DNA from: Balanoglossus misakiensis
Lineage: Eukaryota > Animalia > Hemichordata
Length of the DNA stretch: 64,000 nt
Assembly (NCBI GenBank): GCA_040954595.2
Contig: CM082580.2
Span: forward strand, 3,586,783-3,650,782
Reading direction: 5' to 3'
A program made the position numbers and the translations under genes. This document shows positions 63,363 to 64,000 of the stretch, one piece after another. Below the pieces are notes generated by a model that saw only the letters and a list, made by a program, of their open reading frames with translations, did not search any database and was not told where the DNA came from. Each line of letters begins with the position of its first letter. Positions within the stretch are counted from its first letter, which is position 1.

Positions 63363-64000
63363 GTGAATAATAGAATCTCACACTCCCAAGGACCTGGGAT
63401 CGTATTTCTCACACGAGTTGGGGATTTTTTGTCCCACACGAGCCGCAGGCGAGTGTTGGACAAAATATCCCCGACGAGTGTGAGAAATATGATCCCAGGT
63501 CCTTGGTGTGTGAGATTCTTTTTCTCACACGACCAGAAATTTGCGATATTAACGTTTATTTACAACAAAAGAACTAAATCTATAAAATACCAACTGATAA
63601 CTGCATGACCAGTCATATATTGATCCGCCCAGCAAAACTTAGTCCCCATTTCATCACGAGTTTACAGTACACACATGCTATAAAAATGTGCTCAACACAT
63701 TAAAATATGGAGATTGTTTCCAGTGGCATAAATTCGCGCGATATCTAGAAAATACAACCGTTTTTTTAGTCTGTCGCCAACCACGTACACCACTGTCGTC
63801 TGCACATGACCTGATCACATTGTTGTTCCGGTTTGTGTACAACACATCGCACAATTGGATAATATTTGCTCGTTCTGAGGGGTATGGATATCATTATCCA
63901 ATCAGAGCTCGTGTCAGATAACACTTGTCTGTGTGCGCATTAACACAGAGTGTGGGATCAATTTGATCCCACACTCTCTATCCCACACTCCCAGCGGCCA
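63363..64000. mobile_element. Palindromic element of similar design to 8081-8436, probably truncated by the window end
   Basis: Palindrome ~63372-63520 centred on cacgagccgcaggcgagtg; second hairpin gagtgtgggatcaatttgatcccacactc at ~63948-63976. Confidence 0.6.

Overview
AT-rich, intron-rich animal genomic DNA, probably from a marine invertebrate deuterostome (inferred from gene content and repeat types). I traced four spliced genes by eye via GT-AG boundaries and phase matching: (1) the 3' part of a + strand MAM/LDLa type I membrane receptor (MALRD1/MAMDC4-like; 188 to 11641 or 13267); (2) a complete 8-exon + strand receptor with signal peptide, mucin stalk, 2 LDLa modules and TM (23855-28434); (3) a complete 3-exon - strand myostatin/GDF11-type TGF-beta ligand (30166-34075); (4) the 3' part (46 exons traced) of a second large - strand MAM/LDLa receptor (37964 to >63154). 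Between genes 1 and 2 lies a decayed chromodomain-bearing Ty3/Gypsy integrase followed by an env-like membrane-protein region present as a ~1.25 kb inverted duplication. Both copies share an in-frame TAA-ATG junction, and only the downstream ORF stays open in both. Introns and intergenic DNA hold hairpin MITEs (9-bp and TTAA TSDs), Crypton-like palindromic elements, a Penelope-type hammerhead-like motif and microsatellites. Splice models and family assignments are manual; no database searches were run.
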